64,000 nt of DNA from Takakia lepidozioides (taxonomy: Eukaryota > Plantae > Bryophyta), in assembly GCA_030704615.1 (NCBI GenBank), contig CM060731.1, positions 89,590,001 through 89,654,000 on the forward strand. Reading direction: 5' to 3'. Under the pieces are notes generated by a model, which worked only from the letters and a program-made list of their open reading frames with translations, was not told where the DNA came from and did not search any database. Made by a program: the position numbers and the translations under genes. The stretch's first letter is position 1. Each line of letters opens with the position of its first letter. This document shows positions 51,301 through 64,000 of this stretch, piece after piece.

Positions 51301-54300
51301 GCACAAAACCCTAATTCCACTTTGGCATAAGAAAGGATAATCCAGAATAGACTATCAAATTTCTCCTAAGAGAAATATAAGAAACAGATATGTGCTGCTT
51401 TCATAAGAGAGAGAGATTGTACTCATAAGACGTTGTTTGCCGTAGCCTTGTGGCCATTGACCCCTCGCCCAGTTTGAGCGGGAACAAAAGGGACAGAACC
51501 TACCTCTGTCAGGGGCTGACGTTGGTAGTAAGACTTACCTCCATATATAGAACTAATCCGGGTTTTCCAGATATCCTCTAGAAATCCCTTCACACAAGCA
51601 TCAATCTGCTGTGTGTGATTTGCCCAAAAACTAGGCCTCAGGAGGGCCTGGGCTTTTGGCTCAGCCTCGAGACTTTCAAAGTTGGTAAACAGGGGTACAG
51701 GCACAATACCCTTAATAGATTTGAAGAGAGCGTCTCTTTGGTGAGAGAACCCCGGACGGTGTATCAGAAAATGAATACTGTCTTCAGATTGCCCACACAA
51801 CGGGCAATTGCACTCTCCCTTTCCTCTCTGCTTCTGTTTGCTGTTCAAAGGTAGGCTTCCTGCCCTGAGTTTAAATTTCAGTCTAGTACCGAGAGTGGGT
51901 AGACCCTTGAGGTCATCCAAGATGTCCTCCCCCATGTCACAGACTGGAAACAAGTTCAGGGAAGTTTTCTGCCTAACTTTCATCAGACAATCTCATGGCA
52001 ACAGACATGGCTGAGGACACTACAGCCTCTAAGTCAGATTTATCCAGCAGGGTCAAGACTTGCGGATCCAGGTCCTATGTCAAAGAAGTTGGACTTCTGT
52101 CCGTTAACAGTGACACAGCTTTTGGTGTGAGCATACAAGTTGTGGACAACTCTCCACATCTTTCCCTTGATCCCACAAGACCAGAGGCGGAACCATAGGC
52201 CATCTCTCCACACTGTGTCATAAGCCTTTTTGACATCCAGGAAAAAGACATAAGTGGGTTTCCCTTCTTTTTTCCTTCCCTGGATAATCTGGCTTAGAGT
52301 GAAGATATGATCCACACAGCCCCTGTTTCGCCGAAAGCCAGCTTGGCCTTCGTGGAAACAACCTCTAGACTCCAGATCAACCTCGAGACGAGTACTTATA
52401 ACTCTGCAGAATGTCTTGCCAACAGCATTGAGGAGCGTGATGCCACGGTAGTTCCCCGGTTCTTCTCTGTCACCCTTCTTGTATAGATTGACAATGACCC
52501 CCTGTCGCCAGCGAAAGGGGAAAAGAGAGAGAGAGAGAGAGAGATAGAGAGATTGTGCTGCGCTGAAGACATGGTACGTGTGGCAGAGCTGCTGGCGCCT
52601 GTGCCTTACACAACCCCTGAAGGTGGGGGAGGGGACGATGAACCTCTCCTAGTGGAGCCCAACAGCTTGCTTGGCCTATTTCTGCGCCGCTGTATCCTCT
52701 CATTCAATCTTCTGTCATTTGAGGTAACAGCGAAAATCCATTTGTCGGGTTCAGACTTGTACTCTCCAATTGCTTGGGGTTTGGTCTGCCAAAGGTTTTA
52801 CTGTTAGTACCAAAATCAGCATGTTTTCTGCAAACAAACTAGGTAGCACCTTTTGCTGTGATGTTAAGTCAATCACAAGAAAGCAAATTCTCAGGCTGTA
52901 GGATGCAGATTTTCCCAATTTATTCTTGCTGGCCGGTGTAGAAGTAGTTTTGTCATTTATGAGGAAGTCCTTTGAACCACACCACTTACAGCACACTTTT
53001 ATGTCACATCTGATATGCCCTAAGTCAAACTGGTATGCCAATGCTACTTGTGGATATTCTGTGTTTTTCATCTCTCAGAAAATCAGTTCTGCATTCTCTT
53101 CCCTAATATTTAATTGACATACCATAGAGCTGTCATGTTTAGCGGTGGTATTGTCCCCTCGTATGTCCCATGTCACCTTCATGTGTGAGACCAACTGGAG
53201 TAAAAGCTCAATGGGGAAGTGGAGGTGGTTGGTTAACAGAGCTATGGAAGTTCCATCATCCAAATAGGGGGCTGATACTCCAAAGGTTCAGTAACTGCGA
53301 CAGCATTTCCTGATGGGCAAAGCATTAATACAGATACAACTGTCTCCCTTTTCTGCTTTGGAGTCAGGAGACTGCCTTGTTTTAGTGGAGATTGGAGACA
53401 TGATCCTTTGTCTATTATTATGGTATAAACAGGGTACATGCAGGCTGGTGACTGAGCTGGATGCCTACCGCCGGCCAGCTCTTACCATTGCCTGTGGCAT
53501 CTCCATTGACAAGGACTACTCTCTGGGAAAACTCTCTGAGGAAGATGAAGAAGGAGAAGATCTTGATGATGAGAATTTTGATGGGGGAGGTTTGCTTTCA
53601 GAGCGGCAGTCAAGTGGGGTTGCTGCTGGTATCAGTGGGACAAATGCTTTTCATCGTGTGTTTGGTGAGTCACTCTGGAGTGTGGCCGTTGCGTTGTAAG
53701 TTGGTAGTATCTCCTCTGCCTCGGACTTGCAAACATCTAGATAGAGGGATACATTACCAAGCTCCCTTGGTTCAATTTTACTGACTTTAGTTTCACCTGT
53801 CTCTCTGTATGTTATAAAGTTTCACCTTTCTTTTTTTCTCTCTGTTTCTCTCTCTCAGGGTAATGTTCCTTCCAATGTGGGGGCGTCTATGGCCACAGGC
53901 TACTGCAAACAACGTCTTATGAGTATGTTCTTTCAGGCTAATCTAGGTTTTTATCTTTTAGTAACTTCAAATTTTCAGCAGGGAGGCACACACAGGAGTT
54001 ACATGAGCTCACAGACTCTGGCCGGCCTGGGGGTGGCGGTGTGAGGGATGGGGGCTTTGCCTTCGCGTTTGGTGATGCAGCCAGCCGAGGGGAGAGTGCT
54101 ACCAAATCAAACTTTCTGCGGACTGCTGGTCAAGTAGAGGGATATTTGAAGGAGCAAGCGTGCCTCATTGAAAAGTAAGCTAGTTTTACTTTGGAGTGTA
54201 TTGTAATTTTGTGGTTCTATTTGTTTAAACAGGCCTGCGAGTCACGGTGGGGTTCAGTGATTTCTAGGTGTAGATCTGTTCTATGCTTGAATGGTCTCAA

Positions 54301-57300
54301 TCTCTCTTTTTCTTTAAAGGGCAGGATTTTCGAATACATTGGATGTTGTCTATATCATGCCTTCCATAGACATACTATGTGTTTTAAGCTTATCTTAGCT
54401 CACTAAAGTTGGGTTGGTTCTGAACCAGAGGACTTTTCATGTAGGATACTTCGTCTTTCGAACACTTATAGTTACTCGTATGATTATATGAGTGACTATG
54501 TCATGCTTTGCATAAATGTATGAAATGCATGGCAAACTTCACTACTACTTCGTTGTCTAAGTTCTGAATGTCTGAGAAGACAGATTTTCCCTTTGTTTAG
54601 AATATGATGTCCCTTTCACCTCATAGCCACTTGTATGGCTTTGATACAGGGAAGTGGGCCGGATGCCTACATCGCAACTTGATGAGAACTTGGATAATCT
54701 TGAAAAGCTTGCTCCAGATATGCCTCGGGTACATTTAACACTCTTAACTTTTTGCTTCTTTTGTACAACCCATCCAAATGTTGGGTTGTTCAGTGGCCTG
54801 AGAGAGGTGTTTCTGATCACAAAATAGACTGCCACAGCAATTGAGAGAAGGCTGAACGCAACAAGAGGTCAATATGTAGTACTTGAGAAAGGAGGAAGAC
54901 AGAAATTTTAACATGTCCACAGGGGGCTGCCAGAGCCGTTCGACAAGTACAATAATGAGTACCCCACTTCATTAGTCACCCAAGGATGAAGTGCATCATG
55001 ACACGTCAGCCCCCAAAAGCTGAAGGCCTTTGCCAATGACTGGAAGTCTTTTAAGAGAAGGGACTTTGAGGTGAAAAAAGAAACAAACAAATAAACAAAC
55101 TTGCAATGTCCATAGGCATCCCAAGGGCCCATGCGACAGAGGAGACAAACTAGAAAACTACATCAAAGAACGCAAAATGTTGCCTTGAGACGAAGTGCCT
55201 CTTGCAGGTAAGTTGCTAAGCACTAATGGTCCTCAAACTTTAACGGAAGATCTCTAAAGCGACTCAAGTATCGACCCCCTGATCTCATAGCATGTTGGAC
55301 AGGAGAAACAGAAATGAGACCGTCTCTACTTCTTGGGTAAGCACGTGCCCAAGAGAAGAAAAAAGAGAGGGACTCCATAACGTCCACAGAAGGGCATGAA
55401 GACCATGGGGCAAAGGTAGAATGAACCAATAACTACTTCAGGATACATCAAGTGTCACCAAGACAAAGGAAGCAGGAAGAAAGATGTACTTATAGGCTAT
55501 GATTGCTAAATGTTGTGGCCAGGAAGTTCGATGGAATTTGGGCACAGAAGACAAGTTGTGGGTTTTTCTTTTGGATGGGAAGAGAGACAAGACAGTAAAC
55601 AGAAAGGATTTTTGACAATTTGAATGGTGGGTTGAGAAGGCACACTATCTGCGTTATCTCAATTACCTGCACAATGTGGATTATCCTGCAGCCATGGACA
55701 GCCTTCACCGCTACTTCGATTACAGGTCAGTGATTCTATCACTGCCATGCAAGAGTTATGAAAGTTCTGCTGGCTTTGTGGTTTGATCCATTTCTGAAAT
55801 TACCAAGAAAGGAGAACATGGTATGTGATCATGGGCTGGGCCTATGGTGTGCAGTGCTGGAAAGGGGGGAATCAATACTAGTGGTGCTTCTTCAGATGCA
55901 AGTGTGGGCAGGTTTCAAGCAGGCCTGCTCAGTCTGGGATCTATGCATGCCCACTTCGGCCACGTCACCCAAGCCTTGCAGGTGACATACCTTCTGGCTA
56001 CCCTCCACATCTGCAGTGGCCATTCCATTTACATTCAATCATCGACAGGGTAAATTCCTCCGGTCGCTGACAAGATGTGGTAACACCGGTTCTCATTCTC
56101 TGGGCCCCATAACTAGACGGACAGGGCACCTTGTTAGCAGAGAGGAGGAAGAAAGAAAGACTGAAAGATATTGGCTGCAGGGGAGGGGGGCCATGGGATG
56201 ATGTAGAACAACAGTAAACGTCATTCGAAGACAAAGCTGGATGCAGTTAGGCTGCCAAGAACTTTTTGTTCTCAAAGCTGAAAGCCCGCCCATGATTAGG
56301 AGTCTCTCAAAAGAGACAGTAGTATCTGCCCTGGATCGTATGTAGGACAGGAGAAGAGGAAATGGTACTATCTTCTTGGGTGGTAGAGATAGGACAGATT
56401 TTATAGCCTCAGGGGGAAAGAGAGAGGCATACAAATTGAGCATTAGATTTGCAGCCTGATTATTTGCCTGGTGGGTGCAGGCTTTGAATGAAGCTGTCCG
56501 GATTGCGCAGCAGGTAAGGCGCTGTTACTCTCTACAGCTGCATCTCAAATGTAGCTATGGTGTATGTAAGTGTAAGATTTCACATGTGTCTTACATAGAA
56601 AACAAAGGAAGTGGAATGTTGTTGGTCTCTGTCTGGCTGTCTTGTAAGGTGCTACCTTCTTGCATTGTCATAATTATTTTAGTGAACTGCACTCAGCTGC
56701 TTTTTGTGTTTCCAGGGAGTGCTTCTGGCAGTGGTCTGATTGAGGAAGGGCTTATATCAACTTTGAATTGTCTACACAAGAGACAAGCTAATACACTGCA
56801 TAATTCATAGAGTCAAGGATGAAAGTAGCAAGGGAGCTAAAAAGAAAGGTGAACCTTTTACAACATTCATGGAGAGATTGGAGCCCGAGGGAGGAACCGA
56901 GTTCTTTCTCTTAGAGCACTGTCGGTCTTGCAGAACAACGATGATTCATGTCTTGCGCATGCTTTGGCGGCTTTATGCCATCTGCTGTCAGAAGTGGGGA
57001 TGGCAACTGCCACCAGTGCCATAGGGGAAGCAGCTGCACTCCAAGGCATACTCACAAACACATGTTTTGAAATGAAAGGAATGCTGGTTTGTTAATTACT
57101 AGTGAGCTTTTCTTATTGTATCTATGAAATGTAGCAGGGTAGAGGACAGTGAAGCTGATGGTGACTGCCAGATACCACTGCCACTGATAGCATGAAGGAG
57201 CTATGAGTGGACCCCTACTGCCTCTAGGGGTTAGCCTGACCAGAATCATATGACTGATGAGTATGGAAGTCTCGGAGTGCCCAGAGATTATCTGAAAGGT

Positions 57301-58659
57301 TGTGCCCATCAGTTGATGTGCTGGGGTGGCTTGTCTAAATTTATATTGGTATGGCTGAAGGTGTTACTGTTCTGTCGGACTGACTAGAAAGGGTGTTCAC
57401 TGTCATGATTACAGGCCTAGACCTTGGGAATGGGCCTGCACTCGCAATCCAACAGCAGCTTCTCCTCTTGCTGAGGCGCTGCCTCCGACGGGCATTGGAG
57501 CTTAAACTCCCCCACCTAGTTGCCTTTAGTCGTCTTGCACTTGCCAAATTTGACCTGAAGGTCAGTATCTGCCCTGGCATGCCCAACCTGTATATACAAG
57601 ACATGATAGTTCATGCGCAGTCTCTCTGGTACTTTCTGTATGTTCCCTGCCGGGGAGCATGGCTCTACTGAACTAGTGATGTTGCCTTGAATAGGACATT
57701 ACTTGTCGAGTGCTTTGTGATTTCAACTTTTCACTTGTAGGTTTGTAAACTGTGACCAGTTCCCCTTTCTCTGATAGTTTTGATTAGATCGAGGTAGAAA
57801 TAGGCAGCTCCTTCTGCTTCATTGACATCAAATCCAATTTCTGCATCATTATAATAAGAATACTTTTGCTGAGAATAAGCGTGTTGGGTGGCACATTCAA
57901 ATCAGCATGTTCGCAGGTTGCCTGCTTCCGGTGGACTAAAAAATTCAGGTCAACTTGGCACCTCCCCACTGGATGTTTGTAAGGTACAAAGACAACTTCT
58001 AGTTTGGTCTAAGATCTGTCATAAATAACTTATTTTTAATTTCATTTCTGTTTGGAAATTCTACCAAAATATGTCAAGCTCCCTACAAGTCTGCACTGCA
58101 CAGATGTCCTGAAAGCTGACAACAATAGGCCCAACGCATTAGGAATAATTCATTCATATACTCCCGCCTGTGGCTTGGCAGACACTCCGGTTAAGTCCAT
58201 ACCTCCTCAGTGATTCAGTTAGCAACACTGTCTCACTCCACTCAGCAGTTTCAGCCAATTTCTCCACAGCCAATCAGCAACGAGCAAATGGCACCACTTC
58301 AGCACCTTTTACGGCACCACCTCTCACAATGTCGGGAAGCATGAGTGGTGGAGGTGGAGCATCGACCATGAGTGGTCGGCTGGGCCCTATGCCTGACTCC
58401 GTTCTGAAACTTGCAGGGACCTCACACTTACTTCGAGCAGGTTCTTGGGAGCTCTATGGCAGGTCAGTTGGAGCTTGAAAGTGTTACGGAAATTGCCCTT
58501 GGTTTTGTACCATTAATGAGTTAGATTGGGCTCTCAGGAATTGGCAAGGACTCAGGATCTTCACCTGATGGAAGGATTGGTATTGAATGACTGTGGCAGT
58601 GCTCCATTGGTACGAGTGAGTGCATTGGTGCATGCGACTTGTTATGCTGATGTGGCAAG
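48336..58659 (+). CDS. APC5: Anaphase-promoting complex subunit 5, multi-exon, 5' part (continues past the LINE beyond the window)
   Basis: MAGTGFVLTPHKLAMC, SSPEDLFHFF, NSLLGLFLRRCILSFNLLSFE, DYPAAMDSLHRYFDY, SLGSMHAHFGHVTQALQALNEAVRIAQQNNDDSCLAHAL, HLLRAGSWELYGSAPLVR. Confidence 0.93.
51417..52521 (-). mobile_element. 5'-truncated, internally deleted copy of the same LINE
   Basis: Near-identical to 58841-~59505 joined to ~60320-60767. Flanked by (GA)n on both sides. Confidence 0.95.
53888..53926 (+). mobile_element. Tiny 3' tip of the same LINE family, opposite orientation
   Basis: ATGGCCACAGGCTACTGCAAACAACGTCTTATGAGTA is the LINE 3' end in sense orientation. Confidence 0.7.
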
Positions 58660-58840
58660 GTGAGCTGGCATTTAGCCCAATGGTTTTCCTGCAGTTAGTA
58701 TTAAGAACTCTTTTTATCTCCTGTGCACATGTTGATCATTTTTCAAATATGGAGGAATGGTCTTGGCATTGTAAGCTACCTGCAAGAAAAGCCAGATATC
58801 GGTTAACTAATCTAAGGTTTGTGCAATTTATATAGAGAGA

Positions 58841-61800
58841 TTGTACTCATAAGACGTTGTTTGCCGTAGCCTTGTGGCCATTGACCCCGCGCCCAGTTTG
58901 AGCGGGAACAAAAGGGACAGAACCTACCTCTGTCAGGGGCTGACGTTGGTAGTAAGACTTACCTCCATATAAAGAACTAATCCGGGTTTTCCAGATATCC
59001 TCTAGAAATCCCTTCACACAAGCATCAATCTGCTGTGTGTGATTTGCCCAAAAACTAGGCCTCAGGAGGGCCTGGGCTTTTGGCTCAGCCTCGAGACTTT
59101 CAAAGTTGGTAAACAGGGGTACAGGCACAATTCCCTTAATAGATTTGAAGAGAGCGTCTCTTTGGTGAGAGAACCCCGGACAGTGTATCAGAAAATGAAT
59201 ACTGTCTTCAGATTGCCCACACAACGGGCAATTGCACTCTCCCTTTCCTCTCTGCTTCTGTTTGCTGTTCAAAGGTAGGCTTCCTGCCCTGAGTTTAAAT
59301 TTCAGTCTAGCGCCGAGAGTGGGTAGACCCTTGAGGTCATCCAAGATGTCCTCCCCCATGTCACAGACTGGAAACAAGTTCAGGGAAGTTTTCTGCCTAA
59401 CTTCATTTTCATCAGACAATCTCATGGCAACAGACATGGCTGAGGACACTACAGCCTCTAAGTCAGATTTATCCAGCAGGGTCAAGACTAGCGGATGCAG
59501 GTCCAGGTCCTTGAGAATCTCTTCTACTCTCTTCTGCCAGGACTTAGCCTGTTTGACAGGGCGGTCCTGTTTCCAAGATATAGAGTCGATTAACTTAGGA
59601 TATCTGGTGTTGGGCATATGTTGCAGCTGACCCCACCATCTGACCTTGAATTCATCTCGTCGGGAGTTTAAGGACGGAATGCCAAACTCACCCCGAACAG
59701 CCACATTGGCTGTTTTGGAGCATGCTGACATACACTCCTTAAGCACCCCCACTTGAATGGATTCTAGAGACTTAGCCTGGTTGGAGTTATCAACCCATAT
59801 AGCAGATCTGTACTCCAAGGCAGGTCTAATAACGCGACAAAGCATGGTTTTCTTAACCTCAGAGTCGACCCCTCTGCAGTGGAAAAATTTAGTGAGCCCC
59901 AGAGCTTTGCCCTTGCCAGTTTGAACAACTTTCCGGATATGTGCATCCCAATTACAATTGGAGGAGAACTCAACGCCCAGGTAAGTGTAGGAAGGGAGGA
60001 CCGGGATCTCTGGCTACCCCACTGCCACTTAAGATCACTTCCTCCCTCTCCTCTGTCGTTGAATGCTACCACTGCACATTTGCTGACATTAGCCTCTAGC
60101 CCCAAAGATCACAGTATCTCTTTGCGCAATCAATCAACTCCTGGAGATTGGTTGGAGTCTCCCCTATGCCTGCGAAGTCATCCGCAAACATAAGGGCTGG
60201 TATGGTGGTATCAACCACCCGTAACCCAAATCCCTCACTTTCCACATCCTCGAGGAGTTGATTGATGAAAACATTGAAGAGCAGAGGGGAGAGAGTACAT
60301 CCTTGAGCTACACCTTGGTCTATGTCAAAGAAGATGGACTTCTGTCCGTTAACAGTGACACAGCTTTTCGTGTGAGCATACAAGTTGTGGACAACTCTCC
60401 ACATCTTTCCCTTGATCCCACAAGACCAGAGGTGGAACCATAGGCCATCTCTCCACACTGTGTCATAAGCCTTTTTGACATCCAGGAAAAAGACATAAGT
60501 GGGTTTCCCTTCTTTTTTCCTTCCCTGGATAATCTGGCTTAGAGTGAAGATATGATCCACACAGCCCCTGTTTCGCCGAAAGCCAGCTTGGCCTTCGTGG
60601 AAACAACCTCTAGACTCCAGATCAACCTCGAGACGAGTACTTATAACTCTGCAGAATGTCTTGCCAACAGCATTGAGGAGCGTGATGCCACGGTAGTTCC
60701 CCGGTTCTTCTCTGTCACCCTTCTTGTATAGATTGACAATGACCCCCTGTCGCCAGCGAAAGGGGATCATTTCAGTCTTCCAGATAAGGTTAAAGAGGAG
60801 AACTAGGGCCTCTATCATGGGATCGCCACCGTGCTTGATAAGCTCGTTGACAATACCATCAGGTCCACCAGCTTTATATCCATTTAAATGTTCAATTGCT
60901 TCCACAATCTCAGAACTAATGGGAGCATTATAAGCCATTGAATATACTCCAGTTCATCAGGGCTGTTTTGAATCATAGGGACAGTTTTTCCAACTGTGTC
61001 CCTCCATTCAGCAGAAGACCCCTCACTGTTAGACCTAGAAGTTCTGCCAAGGATACTGTAGTGAGTTTCAAAGGTTTTGACAATGTCAACCGATGAAGTC
61101 ACCACTGCACCTTTAGTAGTCTTCAGCGCTTGTGCTGACCGTTTTTCGGCTTGTACAAATGTTGAAGGGCCAACCAGAATTTCTTGTCATTACCACCATG
61201 GTGGTTTGAGTTAATTTCACTGTATAACTTGTCCAGTATACTTTCTTCTGAGACCTAACAAGCTGATTGATATCTTTACGGAGCTGGTAGTACCTCGCCC
61301 ACAATTCTCTGTTGGTTTCCAAATTGCAGCACTCTTTATAGAGGGCTCGTCTCTCAGCTATCTTGAGTTTAATCTCATTAGTCCACCAATTAACTGCTCT
61401 ACCGCAGACAATTAGTTTCCTCCCAATGATCTTGTCAGCCACGGAGGAAACGAAACTCTCCCAAGAGTCCACTGCTCTTTCGACTTCATTTCTTGCGTTA
61501 ACAGAGCGTGACTGAAGTTCTTGGAGCGATTGGACAAAATGAGGGAGAGCCTCTTGCAAGGCCTGGACGTACTCAGCCTTGACCTCCTCATTGTGGAATT
61601 TTTCTATGCGCCACTTCCGAATCGAACGTTTCACAGATCTCTTGGTGGTGGGAAAACACCTTTTGATCTCAGTCCAAACCAGGAAGTGGTCAGAGGTACC
61701 AATATCAGTTCTGTCGATCAACACATTGGCACACTGGGGGAACAAAATTTTGTCCACTATGATATAGTCCACAATGGACGTTCCCCAGTTTGGGATTTCT

Positions 61801-63703
61801 CACGAGTCCACTGCACTTGGTCACCTCTTGTCCTGTTATTCAAGGTCAAAAGCTGAAGCTCTTCTAGACAGTTAATTAACCGTCTGCCATTAGAATTCAG
61901 CTCGTCCTCACCAAAAGGTCCAATGATATCATCCTGATGGATCCCTTTGCCCACCCGGGCATTGAAGTCCCCCAATAGTACCACCTGACCTCTGGCAAGG
62001 AACGAAGCACAGTCCAGCTTTACATCTTCGAAGGCCTTGTCTGCGTCAGCACTAAGGGTCCCCTCTGTGGGCATGTAAACACAACCAACAAAGAGGTCCT
62101 TTGTACTCATGTCGCCCTTCAAATTCAGTTTTAGCCAGATACTATGCTCGTACCTCAAACCCTTGTTGATAATTTCACAAATGTCAAACAAGAAATCACG
62201 GACAAAGAATCCGACCCCTTTTTTACCGCGTTTGGCAGAGGCTGCCTTGAGAGTACACATCTTACCTGCCCATTTATAACCAATGACATCTCCAACCAGT
62301 TTATCCGACGTTTCCCATGTTTCTTGCCCAGCACAGATATGAATATCATTAGTCTGAAGGACTTGTCCCACTTCAAGTTGTTTCCTTTGGTTGGTCAACC
62401 CTGAGAAGTTGAAAGTGGCCAGCCGCAAGCCAGCCCTTTGCGTGTGAATTGTTTGTCGTCTAGGTAGCTTGTGATTGCTCCTGGACGGCCAACCGTTCTG
62501 CAAAGGGGGGACAGTTACCCCATGTGTAGATTTTGCTCGTCTTGTGTAAACTTTGAGAATTGGTAAACCATTCAGGGTACCAAATCTTTCAGTTACACGA
62601 CGCTCAGGCTCCGCACACATAGGGGCAGATTGTCCGTCAGACTGCTTGGGGACAATTACCCCGTGTATAGATTTTGCTCGTCTTGTGTAGACTTTGAGGA
62701 TTGGTAAACCATTTAGAGTACCAAATCCTTCAGTTACACGACGTTCAGGCTCTGCACACTTAGGGACAGATTGTCCATCTGACGGCTTGGGGACAATTAC
62801 CCCGTGTATAGAATTTGTTCGTCTTGTGTAAACCTTGAGGATTGGCAAACCATTCAGAGTACCAAATCCTTCAGATTCAGGACGTTCAGGTTCCGTACAC
62901 TTAGGGGCAACTTGTCCTTCTGGCTGTTTGGATTCAACCTCATCCAGAGCATCAAACCGATTAGAAACTCTCAAGTTGAAGTTGTTGCCCTTGGTTGTCT
63001 TCCTAGAGCGCCCCATTGAATCACCAATGTCTAAGACCGCTCTCCAGCCAGTCAAGGGACAAACTTCTTTGAGATTGAATTGATGCGGGACTCTTTTAGA
63101 AGCACTTTTGGTCATTGCAACCTTCAACGTACCCCTGTTATCAAGTCTCGAGATGGTACCATTAGCCATGAAATCCAAGCCTAAGCTAGAGCATGTAGTT
63201 TTAAAGGACACATCGTCCATCCTGGGATTCACCCCAAAAACTACACATGAAGCCCTAGATTTGGCATAAGTAACCAATTCCCAGGGATCACCCTGAGGAG
63301 TGTTGATGTTGATAGGAGCTAAATTTTTGATTGTTTTCGCAGACCATAAGTTTAAGCACAGGAACCAACCCGAGCCCAAGTGCCGAGTATGCTAGACAGA
63401 GCATACGACTGCCCAATTTGGGCAGAGGGGCTGCCCCCAAGCGGTAGGAGTCCGCTTGTTACCATTCAGAGATCACACTCCAGGGAGTTGCAGGGAATGG
63501 CCCGTGTAGGCATATTCTAAAGAGGGAAAGGCCCCAAGCTTTCCAACTAAATCCAATGCACTACCTTACCTGAAGCAAAGCGCTTCAGGTCGAAACAAAC
63601 AAGGACACGAGGTCACAAGGCCGGCATTTAGTCACAGAGACATTAATGTACTCCCGTTTCAAGTCCACCCAATGTCAATAGGCTTCCTAGAGGACAGGGA
63701 GAG
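58841..63703 (-). mobile_element. Near full-length non-LTR retrotransposon (APE endonuclease + RT), in an APC5 intron
   Basis: APE: ATFNFSG, GQETW, LLGDFNARVG, DYIIV, SDHFLV. RT: NYRGITLL, QAGFR, LDVKKAYD, GVAQGCTLSPLLF, FADD. C-terminal CPLC..HFL..C. 16-bp TSD AATTTATATAGAGAGA at 58825-58840 and 63704-63719. Several frameshifts. Confidence 0.95.
62507..62920 (-). repeat. Three 141-bp (47-aa) in-frame tandem repeats in the LINE N-terminal region
   Basis: The ACA(G/A)TTACCCC motif recurs at 62511, 62652 and 62793. Peptide unit ..EPER..EGFGTLNGLPILKVYTRR..SIHGVIVP. Confidence 0.95.
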
Positions 63704-64000
63704 AATTTATATAGAGAGAGAGATGGAGGGAGTCTTAGGTTGCGCACATCACCTCATAGGCTTCTTGTCCATGAGACACGAGACTGCTTGGTGTCTTACG
63801 TCCAAAGCATTGGTCTTCTTCAATATAGCACTTCACTTTTGCTGCCCCCTGACACATAGAGGTTTTCCATCGGCTGTGGGTTCTCAGTGCAGATGATCTT
63901 TCGCTTGCTTATGTCAAGCTTGGGCAACATCTTGCGACTTTTAAGGGCTATTCAGGTGCCTCTTGAATCTGTCTTGTATCTTTTATTCCAACTTCCGGTC

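Overview
Eukaryotic DNA, most likely from a non-seed land plant such as a bryophyte (spliced plant-type RPS8, RabGDI and APC5, PLS-class PPR fragments, and a BK/Slo-type K+ channel). The left ~21 kb is a nest of mobile elements. It holds a Gypsy RT/RNaseH fragment and a 4.4-kb Pack-CACTA. It also holds a relic PCIF1/CAPAM-like N6-adenine methyltransferase domain split by a second CACTA. The largest element is a ~10-kb Ty3/Gypsy whose polyprotein carries a C5 DNA methyltransferase between protease and RT and a PHD finger after the integrase. A 1.28-kb inversion (9167-10443) scrambles the nest. Once it is undone, the Gypsy element has non-canonical ends: A-internal-PPT-X-GC-A-T-X, with a 4-bp TSD. 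This is what a 2-LTR circle would look like if it were opened and integrated at a palindrome inside the LTR (CATGACA-GC-TGTCATG). The element also appears to self-prime. The right ~42 kb is genic: RPS8(-), BK-like channel(-), RabGDI(-) and APC5(+, runs off the window). Its introns carry a (TC)n-associated APE-RT LINE family and short (CATTT)n-tailed repeats; a Tourist-like MITE lies between the channel gene and RabGDI. All assignments come from reading the sequence and recalling motifs; no searches were run.
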